Part shown: piece by piece, positions 11,509 to 23,874 of the stretch
Position numbering within the stretch: position 1 is the stretch's first letter
Layout: each line of letters begins with the position of its first letter
NCBI GenBank assembly: GCA_048772705.1
Contig: JBLWGC010000104.1
Location: forward strand, 62,001-126,000
Source of the DNA: Leidyana gryllorum EB-2025a
Lineage: Eukaryota; Protista; Apicomplexa
Direction: 5' to 3'
DNA length: 64,000 bases
Notes under the pieces: generated by a model
Databases searched by the model: none
Told to the model about the DNA's origin: nothing
The model's input: the letters and a program-made list of their open reading frames with translations, nothing else
Made by a program: the position numbers and the translations under genes

Positions 11509-13349
11509 TCAAATGGTCGTCCGACTTGGGGCTGTGGGTATCAGTCGATAGCCATCACTTCCACCCGCAGTATCAGTTGTCCGTTTCCGTCGGCTTCGCA
11601 ATTCAACCAATTCCACAGCCTCCGCAGGTCGTATTTGACCGCTCGCCAGAGGCAATGGAACGGCGCTTATAGACCCACCTTCTTGTAATAGTGATGATGA
11701 TCGCACAGCTGTGTGCAGCATTCCGCGAATGTCCATCATCCGGGGGACTAACGGTATCGTCATATCAACCATTAGCTGGGCTCGTCGATCATCACTGTCC
11801 TCTTCTCCTCCGGCAGATTTCGTCACTGCTAGCTCGTCATCCCGTCTGGGCCCGCTATCAAACAACTGCAGGATTCTGCATCAGACAACAAGCATATTAC
11901 TCCACTGAAGTGCATTCGAACTCACAATTTGTACAACGACCCGTAGCAGATCAGCAAAATCGACAACGAGCACAAGAGCAATCCGACAGCAAACGCCATT
12001 CGATGATTGTTGTCCAGACTTTGGTGCTCCTTGAACTTCACAAAACCACCAATGGCCCCCAATAGAGTCCAGGCAGTATAATACAGCGCCGAAACGGTAA
12101 TGGGGTCGCCTTCCATATAAGCCGGAAACAACAAGTAATACTGCCCGAATCCTTCTGCTACTAACAAAATCACAGCCATCAAAGGCAAGGGCGACGTTAT
12201 CAGGAACGTGGGGTTGTGCAGCGCTTCTTTGACCACCGCTTCGCATTCCTTCACTTGGCAGACCGTCTGGCTACCTACCATGCCAGCTACACACGCCACA
12301 CACACGCTCAGCAATTGGCTGAATTGCTGGTCGCGCACTGCGAATTCCTCGCGCCGCAACTCGCTTTGTTGACCGAAAAGGTTTCTGCACACATTGGCGA
12401 TGATCCAGTGAGAGCCTCGCGCGTATCACCCACTGAATTTGTGCGGCTGCGGGATGCTCCATCAGTTTGCGGGTTTGCCAATGGGGAGCGCTTATCCAGG
12501 TTTCGAATCTATTTCGCAATCTCTGTTCTCTCAGATAACGCGTCACCGCAATCAGAGCTCCACAAATAGCCATTAGGAGGAATATGAAGAATAAATATGC
12601 TGGATCGGACCATGACGATAGGATCAGCCGGTGATATTCAGCAACACTCTAAAGTCAGATCACAGCTAGATTTCAATACTTGACCACGAGCACTCACTGA
12701 TGTCAAGGGGCCGGCGCCTTCCGCAGCAACAGAGCACGTTATGATCCCCGCAGCGATACCGATGAAAGCGCATCCCACAGGAAGAGTCAGGGGAGTGTCA
12801 GTGAAGAGCTGGAAGGGGTAAGAAGGCTATGTAGGCCTTCCTGTGAATTGTCAGGCGTACCATTACGAAAGCTTGATTAGCGAATAACCCAACCGCGTTT
12901 GCGGGCGCCAAGAGGGAGGCTGGGGCAAACCACAGACCGAGAATATGCATCAGATTGCCAAGGCCAACGAACAAGAAGGCTGATCGATCGATTGGTAGAT
13001 ACAGTGGGGGATTGCATTCAGATTGCGCACCTTTGGCTTGAACTACAGTGAAGCCACCTTTGGCGGCATCTCCCTGTTGAGGGGGTTGAGAGTGGTTATC
13101 ATCTGGCAGATGACTTTCGACGCGCATTAAGGTACTGTAATCTGCTCCTGCCTGAACAGCGGCGATCTTTGGGGAGATCTGTCCCCATGATATGACAATA
13201 TTGCCTATGACTGTCAATGTGACACCAACGAGTACTTCCCAAGTAGAGGGAGTGAGATAAGCGGGGACTGGATTAACACGTTTCGCAGCATCGATCCGGC
13301 CTTGATGGCTGATCCATTCCCATATTATGTTCCACCATTCTAGCCCCAT
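11509..13349 (-). CDS. NIPA-family (DMT superfamily) Mg2+ transporter-like membrane protein
   Basis: Multiple TM helices; GNLMHILGLWFAPASLLAPANAVGLFAN; YYTAWTLLGAIGGFVKFKE; exons in ORFs 12798-13349, 11922-12392 and 11509-11865. Confidence 0.75.
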
Positions 13350-13375
13350 TCTAGTCGTCTATACCACTAAAAAAG

Positions 13376-16300
13376 TCAGAATGCGGAGATAGGTACACCA
13401 GAGACAACAGCACGATTGCCGAGTCTCTCAACCTCTGGAGCCCTAACCACCCTTTTGGAACGCTTCACCGACATCTCCAACAAAGCCGGTTGGTCGGTGG
13501 AGGAAAGCTCGGCGTACTCCATCTGCACAGTACTTTCTTGGTCGACACAGCAAGCGGGGTTGAATCACCTGAATGGTTGCACTGTAACCTCCATCCTGCT
13601 GAAGTGGTCGAGCATTCAAATCACAGCAGCCGTGAGCAATCAGTTGCGGCTCACTGACCGGAGTTGATGCGAATAGTTTCACGCTGAAGTGACAAAGTTG
13701 TAATGACAGAGAAAAGAATCTGATTTGATCGCTTACTGGAGAGGCGGCATACGGGGGGCACTCATCAGAGGTAACCTAAAACGAGCGTTGAGCGGCACCC
13801 TATAGAACTTGTTGGACAAGACTGGAGCGGAACGTTGCGAGAACCCTCCGAACTCAACCTCCATGCAGATTTCCTGTGGATCAATCGATCTTTGGGGAGC
13901 AGTGTCGATCTTCTTCTTCTCACCACGTGTGTGAAGGGAAACGGTGTACGGAGATTGTGAACAACTCGCGCTACCAGAACAAGAGAAGCGACCGCACTCG
14001 GCGAAGCTCCTCCGTCACCAAATTCCAAGGGAATGGAGCTGCTGCCTTGCGAGCTCAAGATGTCAAGCTGAGGCAACTCCAGGGGCACTGCGTCATCAAT
14101 ACCGAAAAAGACGGGATCAGGAGAGTCCTCGGCACATAGCATTGCTGTGTGAAGGCAATATGAAGGCCCCCCTTGCATCTGGAGAGGGCAGCAATATTGA
14201 CGGTAGCTGATTCTCGACGAACAAAGGCGTCCTAAATAGACATTCACTCACTCTGGTGTACCCGTGATCAACTCCAGCCAGTTGATCGGCACAGTTTGCA
14301 TCCCAAACAAAATGCCCCAATTTGAGAGGGGACTTTACCAGCGTTACCTCCAGTAGATCGATTCTGAGCAGCGAGTGTAGAAGAATGCTTTCTGCACACG
14401 AAACTTACTGAATATATCGATGACTGTTTCGGGGAAGGCGGAATACACAGTTCTCGAGGTCAGGGTCTAAATGGTTGAAGCGCAGAGGCGTTGAAACCGC
14501 TGATGCGGAACCCATTCGAGCCACTACTACAACCTTCATCGATTCACACCGATATACGTCGGGAAGGTTCCGGAAGCCGTGTACCTGTGTAAATTAAAGG
14601 TGTTGAAGATTCGACAACAAGGCACTCAGTGTCACCTTGAATAGAATGGAAGAAGCGTTGTTGCGCTCGGGTTTCCATTCGTCGTCAATGTTCTGGGGAG
14701 GGTCCAGGAGGGTGATGTAATGAGAGTCTTTAGGTCTCAGACCTGTCGGACTGCCCAAACATCGCGGAGAAGATGGAGCATTCTGACTCTTGGGAAGGAT
14801 CAGTCTTCCAGTCCTATTGCGGTTCCGCTTGCGTGACGACCCCTCGTTCTCAGACAAGGCCAAGGCTGCCATCTGGGTTGGCGGCAACATCAGATTGCGG
14901 TACTCGGGCGACTCGGCAAAGGCAATGCTTCCCGGCGCCGTACCAATAACCCCAGGTGTTAGCTGCACCCAAAGCTCCACTCGGCCTTGATAAGTTCCCC
15001 GTGAATCCACAAGCTGCACCTCGCGCAAGCCTTCTTCAGAGCGGTGTGAGGGTATTGATATCCTTCCTTCAGCAAACGTATCAGACTCGGTTCGGAGAAC
15101 AGATCGCACAATCATCTCGTCCTCTCCAGCATAGGGCAAAACAAAGATGCGCCGAATCGCTGTATCTTGGAATGTGCAGTTGATCGGCTCACAAATAGCC
15201 TCGTGCTCGCCAACAACTGTTGACAGGTCACAACTCTGCTCGTTCGAATGATGACAAAAAGCACTAGAGCCTCAGTCCTCACCATTGTTCCGGGCACATA
15301 ATCGAATATTCGGGTCACAGAGCACAGCAAGCCCTGCATTCTAGGTTTGCGCGAGATTGTCTCAACTTCTCTTGGCGTAGCCGCGCCGGCAGCAGGATCT
15401 GGGAGCGCCTTTCGGGCACTGCGCTCCTTGTGATGCCCCTTCTTGGAGACGCTTGGACTCACAGTACCACCCACGGATGTGGCCGCGTCGACTGTCTCAT
15501 TCCACCCTCCCGCGTCGCCTTGCTGGGAACCAAGATTATTGGCAGGTGACGACGACCCGTCGCGTTGCGTCACGCCGGGAGCTGTCGTCTCGTCGCCTTC
15601 ATACTGCGCAGACTCTGATCCAAGTCCGCGGGCAGATGGAATGATGTCCTTTGTTTGGGCAGTTGGAGTCACAACCTCCTTCCTTTCCTGACTTTCCACA
15701 GCATTAGCAGTGCCGGGCAGTGCTGCTGCAAAAATACGTGGAGTTCCCGGATCCGAGTACGAGAAGTCGAACACCACTCTAGCGCACCCCGCACTCTTGC
15801 CCAATCCTGAGTAAAACTACAACCACATGTCATTCAGAACTTGTAGCACACGTGTGTGCGATTTTGGACTCACTTTAAGATTCTGGACGCAGGTCACAAT
15901 GCCCATTTCAATCATCATGATGGCATCGACGACAGCATCGCCAACCGGCTCGCCAGATTCGGATGCAATAGACAGACTGATCATTGGATCTAGATGTGGA
16001 GATGATCCTGACGTTGGACTCACAGGATCAATCTTTCGCCATCAAACCGATGTCTAAACAGAAGGTCCATCTTGAAGTCACCCTCAGGGGTCACTTCAGT
16101 CAATTCTTTGCTTCGCATTGGTTTACTACCGACTGTCACAGCAGCCCCAATCTTCTTGCCTGCAACGGTTTTCCATCTGGATCCAATAGTAATTGTAACG
16201 TTGAGTCCTCTGAAAGGTACTTCAATTGCAGCTCGGTCTCCAGCCTTGGGTGACAGTGTTGAGGATTGCGCTGGAAACAGGCAGACGTGTGGCCGCGAAA

Positions 16301-17023
16301 GTGGTGGGAGGTCCACAATACCTGTTGAAAGAGGGAGACCGAATCGTCTGGCCAGGCCCGCCGGTGTCATCGGATGCGTAAAGCTGAGTGGGCTGCGGGG
16401 TGAGAAGCCCCCTTCGCCAACTTCGGCCAGTTCCTCGTCATAAATGAGCTCGACTTCGATGTCGAACAGGCCCAGGATTGTTCCATCGCGCTCTTTCAAC
16501 TAACATTTAGCGTCAGGTTGGCAGACCACTGTCGATACCGTACCGGGATCTGAGTCGAGAGTGAATTGCGATCCGGGCTGATCCCCGAAAGATCAACAAA
16601 GACGTGGCCAAGATACTTGTTACTCCGCGCCTCCAGTCGGGCAGTGATACTATTGTTGCGTAAGTCTTTAGCGTGCGATCGAAAGTAGCGCCTTACGCGA
16701 GTTTGTCGTTTTGTGGGACGTAAGGGAATCTGAGTACATTGCTGATGTTGAACTCCTTCCCAGGTGTTTTGCTCAGAATGAGTCCTGAGCGTTCCTCATG
16801 CTCTCCCAATCGCGCGTGGAATCTGAAGCTCTGTTTGATCTGATGTTAGGAGGCGAGATCGTGAGTTGTTACTAACCCGCTTAGCGGGACCGTGGAATTG
16901 GCCTCTGATGATATGTAGTAAAAGGGTATTGAATTGAGGCATCTGGGCATTGGTCCCCGGCGTCGAGTCTTCCGGGTGAAGCCATTGGGCGGGGGAAGGG
17001 GGGGTAGGCAAACTAAGAGCCAT
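13376..17023 (-). CDS. Multi-C2-domain protein (about 4-5 divergent C2-like modules)
   Basis: Repeated beta-sandwich patterns after splicing, e.g. LLLHIIRGQF...LRFPY...KYLGHVFVDL; FRHRFDGERLI...GEPVGDAVVD; LPYAGEDEMIV...FAEGRISI...QGRVELWV; last exon ends VSGVPISAF. Confidence 0.6.
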
Positions 17024-17052
17024 TATCACCACAAATTTTGACTGACTTCCGC

Positions 17053-17886
17053 TCAGCCTTCCAGCTCACTCCTTTTACGAATCTGAACTAACACGAAAAG
17101 CGACACAAAGACTCGTTGGCGTTCGGCCCTTTCACTGAGGCCCAATACCAATCGGTTCAATTCATCTTCTTGATCCCCTTTGTAAGTCACTATCATCAGA
17201 TCCCGCCCAGCTACAGCGGGAGAAACAACGTCTTTCCCGTACTTGATGCCATAAACCTAAAGTATGTTAAAGTGTCGAGTCGGGCTCCAAAATCCCACTC
17301 CCACCTGAGTCAAGATTACGCTAACCGTTCGAGCATTTGCATCAGACGCAGTGTCCGTGATCACCATAGTCTGCCATATGATACTGCCCATCAACACATT
17401 GACGCCTTACAGATAGGTCTCGATGGAGACGCAATACCGCTGGAACGAAGCGCTCCTCAGACTCGTCATAACGATTTACAGCTACGCCTTCGACAGCATT
17501 CTGCAGATGATGGGCTCGGGCTCAGACTCCACACCCAAACACCCCCAACTTACTTTTATAAACAACTTTACTTCCTCCTTCCACCTCTCCCTCTCGGCCT
17601 GATGAGTTACATGCAGCGGGAAACCCTCGACTTATGTGCTCACTGGACCATATTTGCCGTTATTCGAAAGTTCTTCATGCAACGAAGAAGACCGCGAGTT
17701 AGTGGTGGTCTTAATAAATACCCAGAGTGTTAATACAACTGTCAATTGCAATTTACTCACAGCGTCGTCAAACTCAAATGGATAAGTGGGGTCAAGCGAT
17801 AGCGCTTCGCCGTAAATCACCTCCGTCTTTCCCTCGTTAGGCTTCTCGGTGATGCAACATTGACATAGGGTTTCCCTCAGACCCAT
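17053..17886 (-). CDS. Putative ISP-like (IMC sub-compartment protein-like) acylated PH-fold protein, ~5 exons
   Basis: N-terminus MGLRETLCQCC (Gly2 plus Cys cluster); spliced exons give FVPAVLRLHRDLSTMVIT...VYGIKYGKD...RLVLGLSERAERQRVFVSLFVL, a PH-like strand pattern with a terminal helix. Confidence 0.5.
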
Positions 17887-17952
17887 CAAAAACTTTGACT
17901 TTTGCCGACCACATGTCCATGCACGTCAAGCCGAGACGCCCACAATACGGCG

Positions 17953-19113
17953 ATGGAACCTCCTCGCTCGCCAAGAGGCCAACCGCAGGCCTTTCAAGCC
18001 CTTGCAGAAAGGAGTACCAGTCAAAGAATGGTGCGTTGCTATCTCAATGTCTCCATTTCATCCACCAAAACAGGCTAGTCCACCTGTAGCTTCACCCAGA
18101 CAGCAGCTCGCACCCCGATCAATCAGAGAACGAGCGAGTATCTTCGAGACCAAACCATCACCCAATGTACTCTTACCCAGCCAGCGAGTGGCTCTTACGG
18201 CCCAGGCGGTGAACCGAACCACAGCTATGATCAACGCCAAAAGGCTAGATGCCCTTTCTCGTACTCTTAAGGACCGGGAACTGAAGGTGTGTGTCCAAAC
18301 CCGTTGTCTCTGCTCGTCGTGCGTGTGTGTATGTGACTCTCCACCAATGTAGCCCTTCCCTGCATACTGTGCACTTCGGTACGCATTCGTGGTGGCTGTG
18401 GTGTATAGAGGTATGACGGCCGCGTGTTTGCGGGCGCTGCTCGGTGCAATATCAGTGCGTGTGTTTGTCTGTGTCTCCGTGCGTGACGTGTGGAATGTAT
18501 GCTCAAAGTGCTTTCTTGTACTCAGGGTACAGCTGATGCGATAGTTTTTGTGCGTGAGAAGCTGTCGCTGGCGGACGGAACAGACGAGTGCCTTGGACGG
18601 GAGCGCGTGTTTCTACTTTGGTTATTTCTGTTGCTTGCTGAGGTGGAGCGGACGCAGAAGGACGACACGTTGGAGATATTGTGTTTGTTGGTGGAGCAGA
18701 TAATCGAGCAGAACACGACCAAGTCGTATGAGGCCCATATGGCAAAGTTGCGGTTTTTGCTTCGATACGTGTGGCAGCCAGTGATGGAGCAGTTGATGGA
18801 CGCGGAGTCCAATGGTGGCGTGCCGTCAGCGGACGATCCGAAAGTGTTGATGTTTGCGGTATTGCAGCGGTCTGAGGGGTTGGTAGAGGACACTGGTAGC
18901 AAGCGGCCAAAGGAACTGGAGCGGCGGGCAATATATCTATGTGAAGTGGTGGATCATTGGAAATGGGGGCAGGCACAACGGTTTCGGTTGACAGGTGGTG
19001 CGCAGGCACTTCAGCTGATTGATGCGTTGGCTTTGGCGATGAAGAACTGTCGGTGGTCAGGAGAGGGATACAAAAAGGCAGGTCGGGAGTTGGAGGAATG
19101 CATCCGGGGATGA
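17953..19113 (+). CDS. Hypothetical protein (S/P-rich N-terminus, helical C-terminal domain)
   Basis: ATG 17953 MEPPRSPR splices into ORF 18002-18352 and then ORF 18490-19113; no recognised domain. Confidence 0.55.
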
Positions 19114-19918
19114 GGTCGGCAGCACGGCAGGTCAGAGCATTAGGCGGAGCAGCACCAGGCAGCAGGCAGCGCAAAGGGAGCTGCAGAGTTGATTCACACT
19201 ACGCCCTCTCGTGTTTGAGCAGGTCCAGGTCTCTCTCTCCCTTTGTCGAGGTCTGGTTTGGGACTGACTTGTATATAGAGATGTATATATAAGTCGAAGA
19301 GGGGGAGAGAGAGAGTGTGTACGTTCTACTTGCTAGAAGAGACGGTTTGGAGGGCGGGGCGGAGGACACATCGATTGGTGTGCAGTGTCGATACGTTGGT
19401 GTTGTTGTATGCCAAAAATTATACGAGCAGTTACCAGTGAACGTCGGGGCTGAACTGCTCAAAAGTCGCTTGTGCAAGCGCGGAAAATAATATAATCATC
19501 GTCGTCGTCAGCAGCATTTTGCTTTCTCATTACGTGGGGTTCTCTACTACCTATTACGTTCCACGCATTGCACTCTCTTTCTTCCATCCCCAACATATAA
19601 GTACCTTTCATTGCCATTGTTTGGTGAGCGTACTGGCTCTTATTATAGTAACCTTGTCAGTGCACACGAAGTTTCACTTCCTACGAGTGTTTCAAACCCC
19701 ATCCAATTGACCATTCTAAAACGCAACTGCCACCTGACAATTGCTGCGGAGCGATATATCCACAACCGGCAAAGTCCGTTACATTTAGTGTAGCGCGGTC
19801 CTCAATCTACCGTCTATTCTCACTTTTTCAACGTTGGTTGTTGACCGCCTTGGATTTGAGGCTCCCCAGCTGTGAGATATTATAGCGTCTCAATTTGGTC
19901 GTCCGTCTACTTCTTCTT

Positions 19919-20105
19919 CCTACCTACCTACCTACCTACTCTCTCTGTCTGCTGGTTGGTTGTTCTTCTTCGTCGGTCTATCTGTCTGTCTGCTGCCCGT
20001 CGGAGACTGCCTCTTTGATCGATACTCATTCACTCACTCGCTCGCTCGCTCGCTCGCTCGCTCACACACTCATACACACTTACACACACTCACACACACA
20101 CACAC
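19919..20105. repeat. Compound microsatellites (CCTA)n, (CTCG)n and (CA)n upstream of the RRM gene
   Basis: Direct reading: CCTA run 19919-19939, CTCG run 20037-20063, CA-rich tract to ~20105. Confidence 0.85.
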
Positions 20106-20134
20106 AAGCTCGCGGTGCGCTGCATATATAGAAA

Positions 20135-23100
20135 ATGGTTGACATGAAGATGGGGCCCACTCCGACCTTCTTTCCACCTTATACTGCTACTGTGGATTAC
20201 GAAGCCGCAGTAGGAGGGCCGCCGTCTTCCTCACAACATCTGCACTCTGCGAGTGTGGGCGATTTATCCCGATATCTCAACAACAGCACAACCGCAACTC
20301 CACCATCGGAACTTGGCACTTACTGGCCGGACTTTTCTTCGTGTCGGTGCGATGCCTATTACTTGGGAGGAGGAGAATCGTCGGCCATCACACCCACCCG
20401 AGGCGGGGCCAACAACAGTGGTTCCCGTGCGACTCAGCCCGTCGTCGTGCACTCCCCCCCCGCTCCTGCGTCCTCCCGTACTATGACTTCTTCTTCTCAT
20501 CATCAAAGGGCATCGAATCGCGCGGCAAGGCCTGCCCACAACAATTCGTCATCCTCGTCGGGGGTGGTGAACGTTGGGGGTAATGGCGCTGGCGACGTGG
20601 TCCCTACATCCGCAAGCTCCAACGCCCGTGGGGCACAATTCACCATCATTGCCAACGTCCCGTACGACACCGTACGTCAAGACTTGGTGAGCGAATTTCG
20701 CAAATTCGGCCGTGTTGAATTGGCTATGGTTGTGTGCGACGAGGCCTCTCGCCATCCTCACAAAGAGTGGACATCCACCGCTGGTTATGCTTTTGTCCGC
20801 TTCTCGAAACGTTCGGAGGCCGCCGCTGCAATCCAAGCTGCCACAATGGGACTCATTACGATCCGTGGCACCCGCGTGAGGGCCGACTGGGCTCGCAAGG
20901 ACTCTTATGCGAAACGAGGCCGTGTCTCGCCTGCCCAGGGGGCGCCCTCACTGAACCCGCACGGGATACCAGATGGAATAACGCTCCTACAGGATAGCCT
21001 GAACCGAGCTGCCGCTCGCAATCAATGGAGTATGTATGGAGATATCTCCTACGGTGCTGGAATCGGCGCCGCCCCTCCCTCTTCTTCCTCCACCACCACC
21101 AACAACAACAACAAACAACCACCAGGTCCCAGTGCCGATAACTGGACGACCTCTGCTAAAGCAACAGACGTGGAGTCGCCGTCGTTGTCCAACGAACAAC
21201 AAGTGTACCAGGTACTTGAAGACGTCATTGTGGCATTGGAGCTCATGGGCCCGCAAAAGCAAACTTCCCCTTCTTCTGTATATCAGAACAAAAGTTCCAA
21301 CGAACACCTGCGTCGAAATAATGAACAACCAACCCTCACGCTCCCTACACATCATAACATCTCTAGCAGTGGTGAGTATCTAGACGACTTGTGCCCCTGG
21401 TGGTGAGAGACAGTCTCTGCATTTGCCATTCGTTTGCTGCCTCCCCATCGATCGATATCTCTCACTCCGTGCGTCGCTGACCGCTGCTGACCTTTGTCTC
21501 TCCTAATCAAAGCTTTGATGGTGTGAACCGCCCACCTTTCTGTCGTTAAATGGTTGAAATGTCTGCTGTCGTCGCCGCCTTCTTTCCGTCCGCCTACCTA
21601 CCTACATACATACACTACATATACACATACATACTCACCTACCTACCTACCTACTCGCCGCCCGCCCGCCCGCCTGCCTGTGCCCGTCCACGCAAATCTC
21701 GTCTCGCTATCTGTCGCCCGCCAAGCCGCATCTCAGTGTCCACATTGTCGATCTCACCGATCCAATGGCCTCTGCAGCAACACTCTGATGGCGGCGTGCG
21801 TACTGATTGGTTGATTGATTGAGAAAAATAAGGAGAGTAGGGAGAGGGGGGAGAGGGGGGATTGAGACAGAGAGAGAGACAGAGAGAGAGAGAGCTTCCT
21901 CTCTCTCTCTCTCCTCCTCCTCCTCCTCCCCTTCTCCAACCCCCCCCCCTCTTCGATGTGGGGTCCCAGAGAGAAACGGTTGTCCAAGCTGTGCCTATCT
22001 CTAACTATACAGTAGAGACACCGCCGCCGCCGCCGTAACAGTTTTACATCTCTCCCCCTCCTCCACCATTCCGTACATCTTCTCACCGCGTCCGTCTACC
22101 TGCCTACCCTCCCTGTCTCTCTCTGTCTCTTTCGCTCCGGATCGACTGCTGTTGCGCCTCCCTTCGATCCTCTCAGTCGATGTCTCGCGCTGACCGAAAC
22201 ACCGATCCGGGGTGCAACGATCTTTGTTTCGAGTTGGGCGCTTAACGATTTTCCAATCTGCTGTTCTGTTTCTCTGGGAGCGAGATCTGAATGAGTGCGA
22301 AAGCGCGACCGACCCGCACGCCCGCCCACACAACGACACGAAGACTTTCCGTTTTGATAGCGCTCGTTTGGGCTCTGTACTTTATTCCTCGGTACTTTGT
22401 CGATCCCGCAGCTGGATTTTGACATAGCATTTATCGCTGTCGGATAGACTGATGATGATTGGATTGTCCTCACTCTTCTTGGCGACTTATTTGGTCCTTT
22501 TCTCTCGCCGAGTCTGGCTGGCGGGCCGTTTTCTTTGTTTGTGACTGAGTGATGGATGATTACTTACTGTTGATTGTGATTTCCAACCCGTTTCCAACCG
22601 CTTGTTTGCTTCCATCATATATCTGTTCCCTCCTGCAGATCCATCGTCTTTCTGCAACCGCTTAACCATCCCTGGGGTTGTTCCAGTGGACAGACCCACC
22701 CATCATCAGGGCGGCGGTAGTGGAAACCCGCAAGGAGACGAAGACACGACGGCTTCGAGCTCGGCTGGCGGTGTGATACCGGCAACAACGAGTACTCAGG
22801 AACTCGCCTCGGCCTTATCCCCAGCGTCGAGGGGACTGCTGACTGTTGCGCTGTCTGACGTTGCAGCGCGTGACGCGTTCACTGACGTCTCGCCGATGGC
22901 TCACCAGCCACCAACGAATCACGCTCGGCATCACTTCAACTCGCCCGCAGAGTTGTTGCACCATACGATGCAGAATATATCGGCCGCCGAGGCACCTCCG
23001 GCGGCAACTGCGGGTCCCGCCCCCGCGACGCGCACCAAAGCAGCACCGTCGGGCCCAGGGGGCGCATTGGGCGCTTCCACGGCAAGCGATTTCTCGAGCC

Positions 23101-23831
23101 TTTCGGAAATAGAGGATATGGCGTGCAGTGAGGGTTCACTGACTCCACCACTCTAAACATCCACCTACCTTTCTGTTTGTCTGAGTTGTGACTGACCGAT
23201 TCTACTTAACCTCTTTAATCAAACGCAACAAGAGCAATGAAGTCATGTTATATTGGTGGTGGTGGATGATTTATGTGTGCTGCTTAGGTACGGCGGTGCA
23301 GGACTGTCGTTGTTAGTCGTGTACAGAAGAAGGGGGCGGCTGAGTATATTATTCTGTCTAACGCTCTCTCTCCTTTGTTTCTTCTTCACTCACTCATTAC
23401 AAGCGAGCGAGCCTGAAAATGAACACGAACACACGTGCTCCGATTTTTCCGGTGGTTGGAATTCGTCTTCGGCGGCATCATTACATACACATTCCCATAT
23501 CGATTTCAACATTGGTCAATTGGGTGGCGATGCAATCAACAATACAGCCCCGAAATCGCCCGTAGGGACGGACGGACGGCCGCAACAAAGGGGAGGCTCT
23601 GAGTTTTTTGGAAAGACCCCAACGCCAGCCAATTATGATCTCTATCATCCCGTGCGTTGGGGGAGGGGAGTGTCTCGACACCGTGAAGAAGGCGACATCC
23701 CCACGATCGCACGCCCGCTGCTGCAATTGCGCATTAATAATAATATCCAAACTCGTCGTCGAAAACAGATCAAATCTCAGAGGAACAAACGCTCGAGAGG
23801 CGATCAATCGATCCGTCGTAATATCATATAA
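20135..23831 (+). CDS. Single-RRM RNA-binding protein with long low-complexity flanks, at least 3 exons
   Basis: RNP2 IIANVP, RNP1 AGYAFVRF and RVRADWA; phase-1 introns 21372-22638 and 23128-23403 join ORFs 20135-21406, 22602-23156 and 23253-23831 in frame; 3' end uncertain. Confidence 0.8.
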
Positions 23832-23874
23832 AACAACACGTACATACACACAGTGGTGATAAACAAAGTCCCAC

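Noticed and set aside
21550-22600. ORFs within the RRM intron, and ORFs at 27446-28091
   Set aside because: They translate simple repeats (THTH, SLSL, RRRR) and lie in intronic or upstream non-coding DNA
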